A stretch of DNA of 49,692 bases, from assembly GCA_964653765.1 (NCBI GenBank), contig CAZZGQ010000003.1:5743-55434 (forward strand), in the 5' to 3' direction. Position 1 is the first letter of the stretch; each line of letters opens with the position of its first letter. The position numbers were made by a program, and so were the translations under genes. Positions 8,911 through 17,837 of this stretch are shown in pieces. Origin of the DNA: an uncultured Elusimicrobia bacterium. GTDB lineage: Bacteria > Elusimicrobiota > Elusimicrobia > UBA1565 > UBA9628. Under the pieces are notes generated by a model. That model did not search any database, had not been told where the DNA came from, and saw nothing but the letters and a program-made list of their open reading frames with translations.

Positions 8911-9981
8911 CTAGCGGCCCGGAGACCGGGTGGGACTGCGCGCGGCTGAGGCGTCGGACCAGGCGGCCCCGCCCTCGCGCAGATTCTTGACGGCCTCTTG
9001 CAGCCGCGCGTCGTGGCCTTTGCGCTGCCGCTGGACGTCGAGCTGCCAGACGTGGGGACGCGCCAGATGCGCCTTCTGACGGTCTGCGACGGAGTAGCCC
9101 GCGTTGGCGAGGATCTCCTGGACGCGCTCGGAGAGCAGCCAATTCATGAACAAGCGCGCGGCGTACGGGTGCGGTGCCTTGGCGTTGACGAGAGCCAACT
9201 GGTACTGATAGGGCAGCTCATCCTCAGCGAAGCGCATCTTGACGTCTTGGGTCTCGGCCGTCTTCGGCACCGATAGCCATTCCACATCGCGCGCCACGGC
9301 AACGGAGCGCTCGCCGCGCTGGACGCTATTGAAGAGCTCCTTGAACGTGTCGGTGACGAGGGCGTGGTTGCGCCCGAGCTGGGTGTACCAGTCCAGGTTG
9401 CCGCGCGTTCCAAGGATGAACTCGACGAGGAAGGCGCCCGAGTTGCCCATCAGAGGGCTGCGCAGGGCGACCTTGTCTTTCCAGCGCGGCTCGACGAGTT
9501 CGGCGTAGGTCCTGGGCGCCCATTCGTCAGGTACGAGCCGAGAGTTATAGAGGAGGACGTGGGGGGCTCCGAGGAAGTAGACGTAGCGAGCGTCGTCCTC
9601 GAGATGGGCCGGCCGCTTCTTCCAGTTGGGGATGTCGTCGAGCCTCGCCAGCCAGGAACGGTCTACCCAATCGGCCAGGTGAGGCTCCTGGCAGCGCATG
9701 ACAACGTCGAACGACTTGTCTGGGTTCTGGGTCTTAAATCCGGCCTCCGCGGCATCAGTGTCGACAGGACCGAAAGTATCATGGCGGACTTGCAGCCACG
9801 GATATTCGCGGGCGAAGGACTCGACGAGAAGAGCGCCGTAGGCCAGCTGGTTGCTGCCGATGTTGAGGACCGTCTCCTGCCGCGCCTTCTCCACGAGCTC
9901 GGCTTCGGTCGCGCACCAAGCGGGAGCGGCGAGCGAGATGGCTGCGAAACCCAGCGCCGCGCGACTGAAAGTGCTGTTCAT
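8911..9981 (-). CDS. ABC transporter substrate-binding protein (AfuA/Fe3+/thiamine-like)
   Basis: Signal peptide, ELVEKARQE, LLYN..LV, P.T..EL..P.WK.KV, APHPYAARLFMNWLLS..Q; GGAGGAG RBS. Confidence 0.82.
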   Translation of the reverse strand: MNSTFSRAALGFAAISLAAPAWCATEAELVEKARQETVLNIGSNQLAYGALLVESFAREYPWLQVRHDTFGPVDTDAAEAGFKTQNPDKSFDVVMRCQEPHLADWVDRSWLARLDDIPNWKKRPAHLEDDARYVYFLGAPHVLLYNSRLVPDEWAPRTYAELVEPRWKDKVALRSPLMGNSGAFLVEFILGTRGNLDWYTQLGRNHALVTDTFKELFNSVQRGERSVAVARDVEWLSVPKTAETQDVKMRFAEDELPYQYQLALVNAKAPHPYAARLFMNWLLSERVQEILANAGYSVADRQKAHLARPHVWQLDVQRQRKGHDARLQEAVKNLREGGAAWSDASAARSPTRSPGR

Positions 9982-10001
9982 CGGGCTCCTCCGGAGCGTA
10001 T

Positions 10002-10030
10002 AGACTAGCGAGTCGTTCCGGCGTTGTCAA
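10002..10030 (-). promoter_or_regulatory. sigma70-type promoter for the SBP gene
   Basis: TTGACA-N17-TAGTCT on the minus strand. Confidence 0.6.
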
Positions 10031-10080
10031 GCTGACCCGTCGGGATCGGCCGAGATTCCGAGCAGATGGCGGGCAGGAGG

Positions 10081-10815
10081 CTACGCGACGACAGCGTCAA
10101 GCTGCTTTGCAAGCAGGCGCGTCAGCTCGCGGTAATAGCCAGCCAGCTCGGCTTCATGAGCGGCCACAGCGCTGGTCAGCTGCGGATGCTGGTCGCCGCA
10201 AAGCGCCGATACAGCGCGAGTGACCCAGCGGTCGTGATCTGGCTCGACTTCGCAATGAGCCTCGAGATAAGCGGCCTTGTAGCCGATACGGCCCCAGGCC
10301 TGGCGCATGAGCTCCATCTCGTCGATGGACAGGCGCTCGATGGCCCAGAAATACCCGAGGTTGAAGCGGGCCCGGTCTTCCGGCGAAGAGCCGCGGCAAG
10401 ACAGCGTGCGCGCCATCTTCCGGCACCAGCGCCGAGACGTCTGCAGCCACGGGCTGCTGCTCTCATCGTAGCGCTGCGGCATCGCGCGGCCAGCGACGGA
10501 CTGGTAGAACTCGGCGAAGAGTTGGCGGTGCGTGCGCAAGAGCGGCCGGTTCGCCTCTATCCCGTATTCGGAGCAGAACGGCAGCAGCAGGTGCTGCATC
10601 GCCTGGTAGCGCGCCGTGTAGTCGATGGCGTCCATGGCCATCTGGACGTTGGCCGCGATGCAGGCGAACATCCCATCGTAGAATTCGAAGTTGTACCCCA
10701 TGCCGTGCAGCAACGCGGGCCTTTCGGTGGTGGGGAGCTCGGGCAGGCGGGCGTAGTAGGCGGTCATGGCTCGCACCGCGTCCCCCCGCAGATAGCGCTC
10801 GATCGTGGCGACCAT
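10081..10815 (-). CDS. Heme-oxygenase-like diiron oxidase (HDO; iron-containing redox enzyme, PqqC/CADD-like fold)
   Basis: E..H (SEYG...THRQLF), WAIE, YLEAHCEVEPDH (HxxxExxH) ligand pattern; predicted all-helical. TATAAT lies 7 nt before the ATG. Confidence 0.7.
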   Translation of the reverse strand: MVATIERYLRGDAVRAMTAYYARLPELPTTERPALLHGMGYNFEFYDGMFACIAANVQMAMDAIDYTARYQAMQHLLLPFCSEYGIEANRPLLRTHRQLFAEFYQSVAGRAMPQRYDESSSPWLQTSRRWCRKMARTLSCRGSSPEDRARFNLGYFWAIERLSIDEMELMRQAWGRIGYKAAYLEAHCEVEPDHDRWVTRAVSALCGDQHPQLTSAVAAHEAELAGYYRELTRLLAKQLDAVVA

Positions 10816-10879
10816 CGGCGCAATTATAACTCACTCCTCCCCAGGCCGCAAGCTAAACAGCCATTCAAGGGTGTGTGAA

Positions 10880-11530
10880 TCAGGGCGTCGGCCCGTCGGG
10901 ATCGGCGGCGGTCTCCGTCGGCATCGGGAATGCGAACTTCACCGGCGCCTGAGGGCGGGTCTCGGCCTCGCGCAGCGATTGCCCAAAGAGCGCGCGGGCC
11001 TGGCGCCATGTCTTCTTGCCGGTGACGATGTCGTTGACCAGGTTCAAGGCCAGGATGTTCATCGTTTCCGTTTGGCAGTGAGAAGTGAGCTCACCGCGGG
11101 TGCGGCTGATCGTGATGCTGCCGTCGAAGCTCAGAACGTCGCTGACCTTGTCCAGGGGTACGCGGTAGCTGATCGTCTGGGCGAGCACGTCCGAGTGCTT
11201 GACCGGGAAGTCGTGAGGCGTTTCGCGCCGGACAACCATAATGCGTCGCCAGGCGCCGGCGTTGGTCCAGATCATCGTGTACTGCGCCGGGTCGTCCGGA
11301 AGTCCGTAGCGAGCGATCATATCCTGGGCTGCCGCCCGCGCCGCGGGCGGCCAATACCGGAGGATTGCTTGGATATCCTGACGCGCCGCCGCCTGGGCGG
11401 CTTGCGACTGCGCCAGGCGCTGCAGGGTCGGAGCGCCCGGTGTCATGGGAGCTTGAGCGGGAGCCGCCGTGGGGCCCAGCAGGACCAGCCCAAGGCCCAA
11501 GACCCACGCCCGGTGTTCGATGGTCGTCAT
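10880..11530 (-). CDS. Secreted hypothetical protein
   Basis: Signal peptide; globular region with WP..ARAAA..MI.RYG.PD, W...G.WRR..V, PHDFP..H.D.L; RBS GAGGTGG. Confidence 0.75.
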   Translation of the reverse strand: MTTIEHRAWVLGLGLVLLGPTAAPAQAPMTPGAPTLQRLAQSQAAQAAARQDIQAILRYWPPAARAAAQDMIARYGLPDDPAQYTMIWTNAGAWRRIMVVRRETPHDFPVKHSDVLAQTISYRVPLDKVSDVLSFDGSITISRTRGELTSHCQTETMNILALNLVNDIVTGKKTWRQARALFGQSLREAETRPQAPVKFAFPMPTETAADPDGPTP

Positions 11531-11616
11531 AATCCACCTCTCCCTTCAGGATAACGCCCCTTGGGGGGCGATCCCTATGCAGAAGCTGCAACAGAAGAGC
11601 CTGTTCGCGTTGACGG

Positions 11617-11802
11617 CTAAAATCCGACGTAGATGGCGGGCAGGACGTCGGGGCCGCCAGCGAGCTTCAAGAGCACGGCCACCATGACGAGCAGCAGCCA
11701 AAGGACCAGCAGCGCCCAGCGGCGCTTGGCAACGATGGCGCGCCACGTATAGCGCAAGAATTCCGGGATCGTGCGTGGCGCGTTTAGCGGCTCTTGGTCC
11801 AT
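11617..11802 (-). CDS. DUF5989-like small membrane protein
   Basis: W-x4-KRRWALL + one TM helix + C-terminal LPAIYVGF resembles the RKKWWL...APFIYTLF pattern; last gene of the SGNH operon. Confidence 0.7.
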   Translation of the reverse strand: MDQEPLNAPRTIPEFLRYTWRAIVAKRRWALLVLWLLLVMVAVLLKLAGGPDVLPAIYVGF

Positions 11803-12830
11803 GGCGGCATGGCTCCCAGCATGATATGCGCGACGGCAGCGTGGCCTCGTGGGGAGAAATGGATCGGATCGACGAACAACGAGGCGGCGTCCGGACGTCG
11901 AGCTAATGGCTCGAGATCAGCCACCGCCGCGCCTTCCCGTTTCGCCACGTCGCGCACGAGGTCATTGTAGCGCTTTAGGTCGCGCGCCAGGCGCTGCGTC
12001 TCAGCGCGGAGCGCCCCCTCGACCGCCAGGTCCGCGTAGCGGCTGGCGGTGGTGGCGAGCACGACAGCAGCGCCGTCGCCGCGCGCTTGGCGCACCAGGC
12101 GGACTAGGGCTGTCCTGAACAGCTCGGGGGGCACGCGCAACGGCGCCGACGCCGCGGCGCGCGCGCCCGCGCTCGCGAAACTCCGTCCGCAGGCCCATCT
12201 CGCCGCGTGCCGCGAGGCCAGCGCCAGCAACGGCACGCGCCTGAGGGCGTTGGCGAGCGCGACGATGCCCGGCGACCGGCCAGGGCCGAGAGCCGCGTCG
12301 TCGCTGCCTCCCTGGCCGAAAAAGAACCGGAAACGATCCACGTCGTTGGCGCCGTAGGCCACGAGGAGGACTTGGGGCTTGAGCTGTCTCAAGCCGCTCT
12401 CTTCGTAGAAACGCGCGCCCTGCCAGGCCGAGTAGCCGATCTCCCCGCCATTGACCACAGCCACCGATCCCGGCGTCCTGCGCGCGAGCGCGCGCTCGAG
12501 AAGACGCGCGTACACGACAGGCTCGGTAACCCCCCACCCGAAGGTCGACGACGGTCCCAAGATCAGGACCCGGCGATCGGCGGCGCGCACCCGGTCCAGC
12601 GCCTTCTCGCGCAGGCCGATCTCGTTGGTCTCAAGAGGCAGTCCCAAGAACGTCCCTCGCCAATACTCTCGCTGCCTCCAGCCCCAGCGCGCGTCCATGC
12701 GCAGCACGAGCCCCGCCTTGTCCAGGGGATCGCCCGAGCGATTGATCCACCACCGCGGGACGCTGTCCAAAGCCATAAACAGCGCCACGATCCAAACGGC
12801 GACGGCCACTGCCTGGGCGGCCGGCCTCAC
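11784..12830 (-). CDS. SGNH/GDSL hydrolase or acyltransferase, membrane-anchored
   Basis: TN..GLRE, LGPSSTFGWGV, NGGEIGYS, YGAND, DPIHFS. Confidence 0.88.
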   Translation of the reverse strand: MRPAAQAVAVAVWIVALFMALDSVPRWWINRSGDPLDKAGLVLRMDARWGWRQREYWRGTFLGLPLETNEIGLREKALDRVRAADRRVLILGPSSTFGWGVTEPVVYARLLERALARRTPGSVAVVNGGEIGYSAWQGARFYEESGLRQLKPQVLLVAYGANDVDRFRFFFGQGGSDDAALGPGRSPGIVALANALRRVPLLALASRHAARWACGRSFASAGARAAASAPLRVPPELFRTALVRLVRQARGDGAAVVLATTASRYADLAVEGALRAETQRLARDLKRYNDLVRDVAKREGAAVADLEPLARRPDAASLFVDPIHFSPRGHAAVAHIMLGAMPPWTKSR

Positions 12831-14017
12831 CGCTTGTCGCGAACCAGCCGTTCCACGACCGGCGCCAGCTGCTGGGCGATCAGGCGGTGGCCTTCGGCAT
12901 TGGGATGGAAGATATCGACGAAGTAGGGACGGGCCGCGGGAAACAATCCCTGGAAGCCGCGCATGTCCGTGAGCCAGCTGGGCTGAGCGTCGAAAGCGGC
13001 GAATCGCGAAGGAGAAGGCTTATGCATCAGGAGCGCATATCCAGAGGAGACGTACGCCACATCGGGTCCCGAGTCCGCCATCGCCTGGTAATAAGAGTGA
13101 AGGATGTATGAGCGCAATGGATGATCCAGCACGATCACGGGCACCCCCCGACGCCGGCACTCCGCAAGAGCCAAGTTCATGACGTCACGCCAGCGCTGGA
13201 TGCTTCTTCCGCGATAGCGCTCCCAGAACGCGCTGGCCAGCCAATGCGACACGTAGAGCCGGCCGAGGGGACCGCGGACTAGCGCCTGCAGCCAGCCCCG
13301 CCACGGCCCCGACAGCCTGTGCGCCGGAAAGCGCAGCTCGATGGGCATCAAGTCGTCGTCCATGATCGCCGCGTCGACGAACCCGTACTCCAGGATCACC
13401 AGGTCAGGCCGGTAACGAAAGAGATCTCCGCGCAAGCGCGCCAGACCCATGAGCGCCGTCGCCGCCTGAACGCCCCCATTCCAGACCTCGTAACGCCGCG
13501 CTCCGCGCGCGTCGCGGTTGAGAAGAGCTTCAAGCTGAGCGGGGTACGCGGCATCGTCGCCGACGCCCTGGCCGAAAGTCATGTACGCGCCCAAGCAGAT
13601 CACGCGATACACGCCTGGAGCTTTGGCCGCTGAACGCTCGGGGCCGCGAAACCCCAGCGAGTTGGAGGTGACCGAGAACTTGGAAGCGGCTTCCCGCGCG
13701 GGTCCCTGCAGAAAATCGGAGACCGTCCATCGCCGCGACGGCGGCAGCCGCGCGGCCGCGGCGGCCCGCGCCAGTCTCGCCGGGTCGCTGACGTCGCGAT
13801 TGGCGAACAGCGGAAACGGCGGGTATAAGGGCCGAGAAGGACTCCCGGCCAGCCAGAGCCGCCACAGGTTGGACTGCCAAAGGACGTGGGCTCGCGCCGC
13901 CGCGCCGCGCGAGCCCAACCGAAAAGCCGTCTCCGCCGCCAATAGAGTCAGCAAGCCCACGCCGACCGCGGCGGCCATGGCCCGCAGGCAAGCTGACAAC
14001 GTCCGACGCGCGCTCAT
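12827..14017 (-). CDS. SGNH/GDSL-like hydrolase, membrane-anchored; block I serine appears replaced
   Basis: SNSLGFRGPE, CLGAYMTFGQGV (Tyr where Ser is expected), NGGVQA, DIFHPN..GH; overlaps neighbours by 4 bp. Confidence 0.8.
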   Translation of the reverse strand: MSARRTLSACLRAMAAAVGVGLLTLLAAETAFRLGSRGAAARAHVLWQSNLWRLWLAGSPSRPLYPPFPLFANRDVSDPARLARAAAAARLPPSRRWTVSDFLQGPAREAASKFSVTSNSLGFRGPERSAAKAPGVYRVICLGAYMTFGQGVGDDAAYPAQLEALLNRDARGARRYEVWNGGVQAATALMGLARLRGDLFRYRPDLVILEYGFVDAAIMDDDLMPIELRFPAHRLSGPWRGWLQALVRGPLGRLYVSHWLASAFWERYRGRSIQRWRDVMNLALAECRRRGVPVIVLDHPLRSYILHSYYQAMADSGPDVAYVSSGYALLMHKPSPSRFAAFDAQPSWLTDMRGFQGLFPAARPYFVDIFHPNAEGHRLIAQQLAPVVERLVRDKR

Positions 14018-14841
14018 GCGAGGAGCCCGGCCAGCTCGCTGGCGGCGCCGTTGGCGCGGCGCGCGACGACCCAGGCGCGCGCCACGGAGATCTTTTCAGC
14101 CATGAGCGCTGTCATGCGCCGTTCGTAATCGGCCCGGTCGTGAAACGGAAGATACAGCCAGAAGGCGAATATATTGAACAGCACGAACGGATAGCAGTCA
14201 TGCTGCATCCGACGGTCGAACGCGGAGCCCTTCACGTTGGGATGGGGCAGCAACCCTTGCTCGAAGAGATAGGTCCCGGTCGTCTTCCTCGCGGGAGCGT
14301 CGCTCAGGGTCGCGTAGCCGTGGCGGTCGACGATCACGCGGTCGAGCAGCTCTTGCTGGGGAGGAACGTCCCAGCCGCGCACGGGATTCTCGTACTGCAC
14401 GCCGAATTCCGCGTAAAAATTCCTGAACAGCTCGAGCACGGGCTCCATATGCCCCGGAAAATGCACGAGCTCGCGCGTGACTCCGTCGGCGACGTCGGCG
14501 ATCCCGTTGTCGAGGCAGTAAACAAGGGTGCGCACGTGCCAGCTCAAAGAGCTGAAGCCCGGCGTCGCCAACATGAACAAGCCGTGCCGGGCCAGTCCTC
14601 TCAAATAGCGCTCGTAGGACAAGCGCCGCACCAGGGCGTCGACCGACAGCGACTGATGGACGAATCGGCTCGTCCCATGGCGTCGTCGCAGCGCGGCGAG
14701 GTTGCCCGCGGGCCTGGGCGAGCCGCGCGTGCCGCGCTCTTCAAAGGTCAGGAGATGGACGCGGTCAAACCGCTCGGCCTGAAGCGAGGCCACGCACGTC
14801 GAGTCCGTTCCGCCCGAGTAGAGCACGGCGCATTCAGCCAT
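14014..14841 (-). CDS. PP-loop (N-type ATP pyrophosphatase) family protein
   Basis: N-terminal VLYSGGTDS motif followed by VHLLTF. Confidence 0.75.
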   Translation of the reverse strand: MAECAVLYSGGTDSTCVASLQAERFDRVHLLTFEERGTRGSPRPAGNLAALRRRHGTSRFVHQSLSVDALVRRLSYERYLRGLARHGLFMLATPGFSSLSWHVRTLVYCLDNGIADVADGVTRELVHFPGHMEPVLELFRNFYAEFGVQYENPVRGWDVPPQQELLDRVIVDRHGYATLSDAPARKTTGTYLFEQGLLPHPNVKGSAFDRRMQHDCYPFVLFNIFAFWLYLPFHDRADYERRMTALMAEKISVARAWVVARRANGAASELAGLLA

Positions 14842-15031
14842 GGGGGGCTACCGGCGATTCGGCGAGAGCGCGCAGCAACGTCCGCGCTGCCCAGCCGAAC
14901 AGAAGAAATGGCGCGTGAGCCGCGCGCGCCAAGCCTCTCGCGTAAGCCACGCGGGCGCGATAAGGAAGGATCAGGCCGACCACACAAATCGGGATCGCTG
15001 CCGCTAGGAGCGGCCAGCGCATGAGACGCAT
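14834..15031 (-). CDS. Small hypothetical membrane protein
   Basis: Hydrophobic 65-aa ORF overlapping the PP-loop start; start uncertain (15031 or 15022). Confidence 0.5.
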   Translation of the reverse strand: MRLMRWPLLAAAIPICVVGLILPYRARVAYARGLARAAHAPFLLFGWAARTLLRALAESPVAPHG

Positions 15032-15072
15032 AATCGTTGCATTATGCAAAAAAAGCGCTTCTCTGAGTTTTC

Positions 15073-15101
15073 TTGACAGGAGCGAACGCGGCTGCTATAG
15101 T
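15073..15101 (+). promoter_or_regulatory. sigma70 promoter for wzm-wzt (near-leaderless)
   Basis: TTGACA-N17-TATAGT with extended TG; ATG 8 nt downstream. Confidence 0.75.
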
Positions 15102-15109
15102 CGCCGTGG

Positions 15110-15898
15110 ATGCGCCCCGCTCCGTCTCACCGGCCGTTCCCCTATCTCGAGCTGCTCTGGGAGCTGACGAGCGTCGAGTTCAGGCTGCGCGACCAAGGCA
15201 CGCTGCTGGGATTCTTCTGGACCTTGCTGCAGCCAGCCCTCATGTTCGCCGTGCTGTACGCGTTGTTCGTGCGCTGGCTTGGCCGCTTCGTCGATCAGTA
15301 CGCGGCCTACTTGCTCATCGGGCTTGTGCTGTGGAACTTCTTTCAAAAGGCGACCAGCGTGGGATTGACCAGTCTCAAACGTCGCGTGGCGCTCGTGCGC
15401 AACTACCGCTTCCCACGGGAGATCATCGTCATGTCCGCCGTCGGGGCTGTCTTCGCCTCGACGACGCTCGAGATCGTCGTTCTTACGCCCTTCTTGCTCG
15501 TCATGGGTCTTCGTCCGTCCTGGGCCTGGCTCATCTTGCCGCTGCTTTGCCTGCTATTGTTGGCGCTAGCGACAGCGGCGTCCATTGGGCTGGCGCTGCT
15601 GGCAGCGGAATTTCGCGATATCGAAAGAATCTGGGAGGTGGCGACAGCGGCCTTGTTCTATCTGACGCCCGTGTTTTATCCTCTCTCCATCGTCTCCGGG
15701 TGGCGGCGCCGCCTGCTCTCACTGAGCCCGCTGACCATGATCCTCTCGCAGACGCGCGGCTGCCTGATCGATGGCCAAGCTCCACACCCAATGCACCTGG
15801 CTGCCCTGGTCGCGCTCTGCGCGGCGCTCTTAGCCGCTAGTCTCTTGTGGTTGCGCCGCCGGGAGGATCGCCTTGGCGACACTCTCCTCTCTTATTGA
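15110..15898 (+). CDS. wzm: Polysaccharide ABC-2 exporter permease (Wzm/TagG-like)
   Basis: RDQGTLLGFFWTLLQP, FPREII, FRDI, FYLTPVFYP; six TM segments. Confidence 0.9.
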   Translation: MRPAPSHRPFPYLELLWELTSVEFRLRDQGTLLGFFWTLLQPALMFAVLYALFVRWLGRFVDQYAAYLLIGLVLWNFFQKATSVGLTSLKRRVALVRNYRFPREIIVMSAVGAVFASTTLEIVVLTPFLLVMGLRPSWAWLILPLLCLLLLALATAASIGLALLAAEFRDIERIWEVATAALFYLTPVFYPLSIVSGWRRRLLSLSPLTMILSQTRGCLIDGQAPHPMHLAALVALCAALLAASLLWLRRREDRLGDTLLSY

Positions 15899-17837
15899 AG
15901 CTCCGGCTGACGCCGACTGGGCTGTCCGTCTGGAGTCCATCGGCAAGCGCTTCGAGATCGGGGCGGCGCAACAGCGGCCCTCCCTGCTTCAGACGGCTCG
16001 GCGTTGGCTGACCGGCTCCGTCGAGAAACGCGAGCTCTGGGCGCTGCGCGGCGTCGATCTAGAGGTGCGCCGCGGTGAGATCCTGGGTCTCATCGGGCCT
16101 AACGGCGCCGGCAAAAGCACCATACTGCTGCTCACCGCGCGCATCTTGGTCCCGACTGAAGGCTCGATCAGCCTCCGCGGCCGCACCAATCCTTTTTTTC
16201 AGTTGTCGGCCGGCCTGCAGCCTGAACTGACGGTCCGGGAGAATTTCTCGCTCTGCGCGGCGTTGCTGGGCATCCCTCGCGCGGACTACCGACGCCACTT
16301 TGACAGGATCGTCGAGTTTGCCGAGTTGAGGCCGTACCTCAACGCCAGACTCGCCGAGTTATCCACGGGCTTGGCGGCGCGCGTGCCGTTCTCGACCGCC
16401 GTGCACGCCGACCTGGACATCCTTCTCGTCGACGAGATGCTCTCTGTCGGCGACGCGGCGTTTCAAGCCAAGTGCCGCGATGTCTTCATGCGCTTCAAGC
16501 GCCAGGGGAAGACGCTCCTGATCGTCTCGCACAACCTCGATCTCATTCGGACGCTCTGCGATCGATGCCTCTATTTGAGCGACGGCCGCGTCCGTTACCT
16601 GGGCGAGCCAGACGAAGCCGTCCGACGTCTTGCGAAGGACTTGCAGGTGGGCCATGAATCGCCGGCTGGCCCGCCGCAGGAGCGCCCCTCTCTCCCCATG
16701 GGGAACGACCGTCTCGATAAGGTCGAGTCCTCGCTCAGGAACATTGAAGCTCTGCTGCGGCAGCGATCTCTGGAAGGCATGCTCCCGCCTCAACTCAATC
16801 CGGCGCGGGTTTCTCCCACGCATTACGCCGAGACGCTGACGGTTGCCGCGGATCAATGGAAACGGACGCTGGGGCACGACGGGCCCTTGACCTTGGTGGA
16901 CAACTCGACGTCGGGCGCCTGGCTGGCGATGGCGCTTCTGGGCTCGAGCGCGATGGAGAGGCCTTTGGTTGAGGGCGACGAAATCATCACCAGCGCGATC
17001 GCTTATCCTGGCGTGGCTCAGGCGGCCGCTCTCCATGGCTGGCGTCTCATCGCCGCCGACGTCGACGCGTCGAGCTTCAATCTGACGCCTCAGGCCGTCG
17101 AGCGCGCCTTGACCCCTCGCACGCGAGCCGTCGTGGTCTGCCACTTGGCCGGCGGCTTCGCTGATATCGACGCGTTGCTGTCGCTCTGTCGGCGCAAGGG
17201 CCTCGTTCTCGTCGAGATGAGCGGGACGTTGGGCTCGACGCGGGACGGGCGCGTCCTGGGCTCGAGCGGCGATATCGGAGTCATTTCGATCCTGGAGGCT
17301 CCGAATTGGGCGATCGTGCAGGCCAAACGGCCCGAGTTCGGGACGCTCTTCTCCGAGATGATCGAGAGCGACCCGCGTTTCTGGAATCGGTGCCGGATTC
17401 TGGTCGAAAGCCTGGGAAGAAGGCCTTGGGCGAATCCCGTCGGCATCTCCGCGGCCCTTCAGGCGCTGCACCGCCGCGATCCGCGCGGGCGCGGCCCTCT
17501 GCTGCGAGCCTATGAGCAGGCGCTCGCCGAGATTCCGCGCTGGGGCCGGATATCCTTCTCGCCGGAATTGCGGACCTTCCCGCACCGTTGGAGCGCCGTT
17601 CTCCTGGAGGACAACCGCCCTGGAGGTCCCGAGGCTTTGATCGCGAGCTTGGCGCGCGAAGGCGTCAACGCTCATCGCTATGGCTCGCTGGCTTGGTGGA
17701 CGCCCTCTCGGGAGGCTGTTGGCCTCTACCCCCACGCGCGCGCCTTACTCGAGCGTGCGATCAAGATCCAGCTCCCGTCAGCTGATGAACTGGACCGCTG
17801 GTTGAAGGTCCTGCATGGACTCTCCGGGCCAAGCTAA
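15873..17837 (+). CDS. wzt: Wzt/TagH-like ABC ATPase fused to a degenerate DegT/RfbH-like PLP-fold domain
   Basis: GPNGAGKST, LSTG, LLVDE, VGDAAFQAKC, IVSH. C-terminal NSTSGAWLAM..GDEIITSA, DVD..SFN, TRAVVVCHLAG. Confidence 0.85.
   Translation: MATLSSLIEAPADADWAVRLESIGKRFEIGAAQQRPSLLQTARRWLTGSVEKRELWALRGVDLEVRRGEILGLIGPNGAGKSTILLLTARILVPTEGSISLRGRTNPFFQLSAGLQPELTVRENFSLCAALLGIPRADYRRHFDRIVEFAELRPYLNARLAELSTGLAARVPFSTAVHADLDILLVDEMLSVGDAAFQAKCRDVFMRFKRQGKTLLIVSHNLDLIRTLCDRCLYLSDGRVRYLGEPDEAVRRLAKDLQVGHESPAGPPQERPSLPMGNDRLDKVESSLRNIEALLRQRSLEGMLPPQLNPARVSPTHYAETLTVAADQWKRTLGHDGPLTLVDNSTSGAWLAMALLGSSAMERPLVEGDEIITSAIAYPGVAQAAALHGWRLIAADVDASSFNLTPQAVERALTPRTRAVVVCHLAGGFADIDALLSLCRRKGLVLVEMSGTLGSTRDGRVLGSSGDIGVISILEAPNWAIVQAKRPEFGTLFSEMIESDPRFWNRCRILVESLGRRPWANPVGISAALQALHRRDPRGRGPLLRAYEQALAEIPRWGRISFSPELRTFPHRWSAVLLEDNRPGGPEALIASLAREGVNAHRYGSLAWWTPSREAVGLYPHARALLERAIKIQLPSADELDRWLKVLHGLSGPS

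Noticed and set aside
5615-10815. PQQ biosynthesis (PqqD plus PqqC-like fold)
   Set aside because: No PqqA ExxxY peptide, PqqB or PqqE-like operon structure.
11587-11602. sigma54-like GG-N10-GC site upstream of the 11530 gene
   Set aside because: The -24 element (AGGCTCT) is a poor match to TGGCACG.
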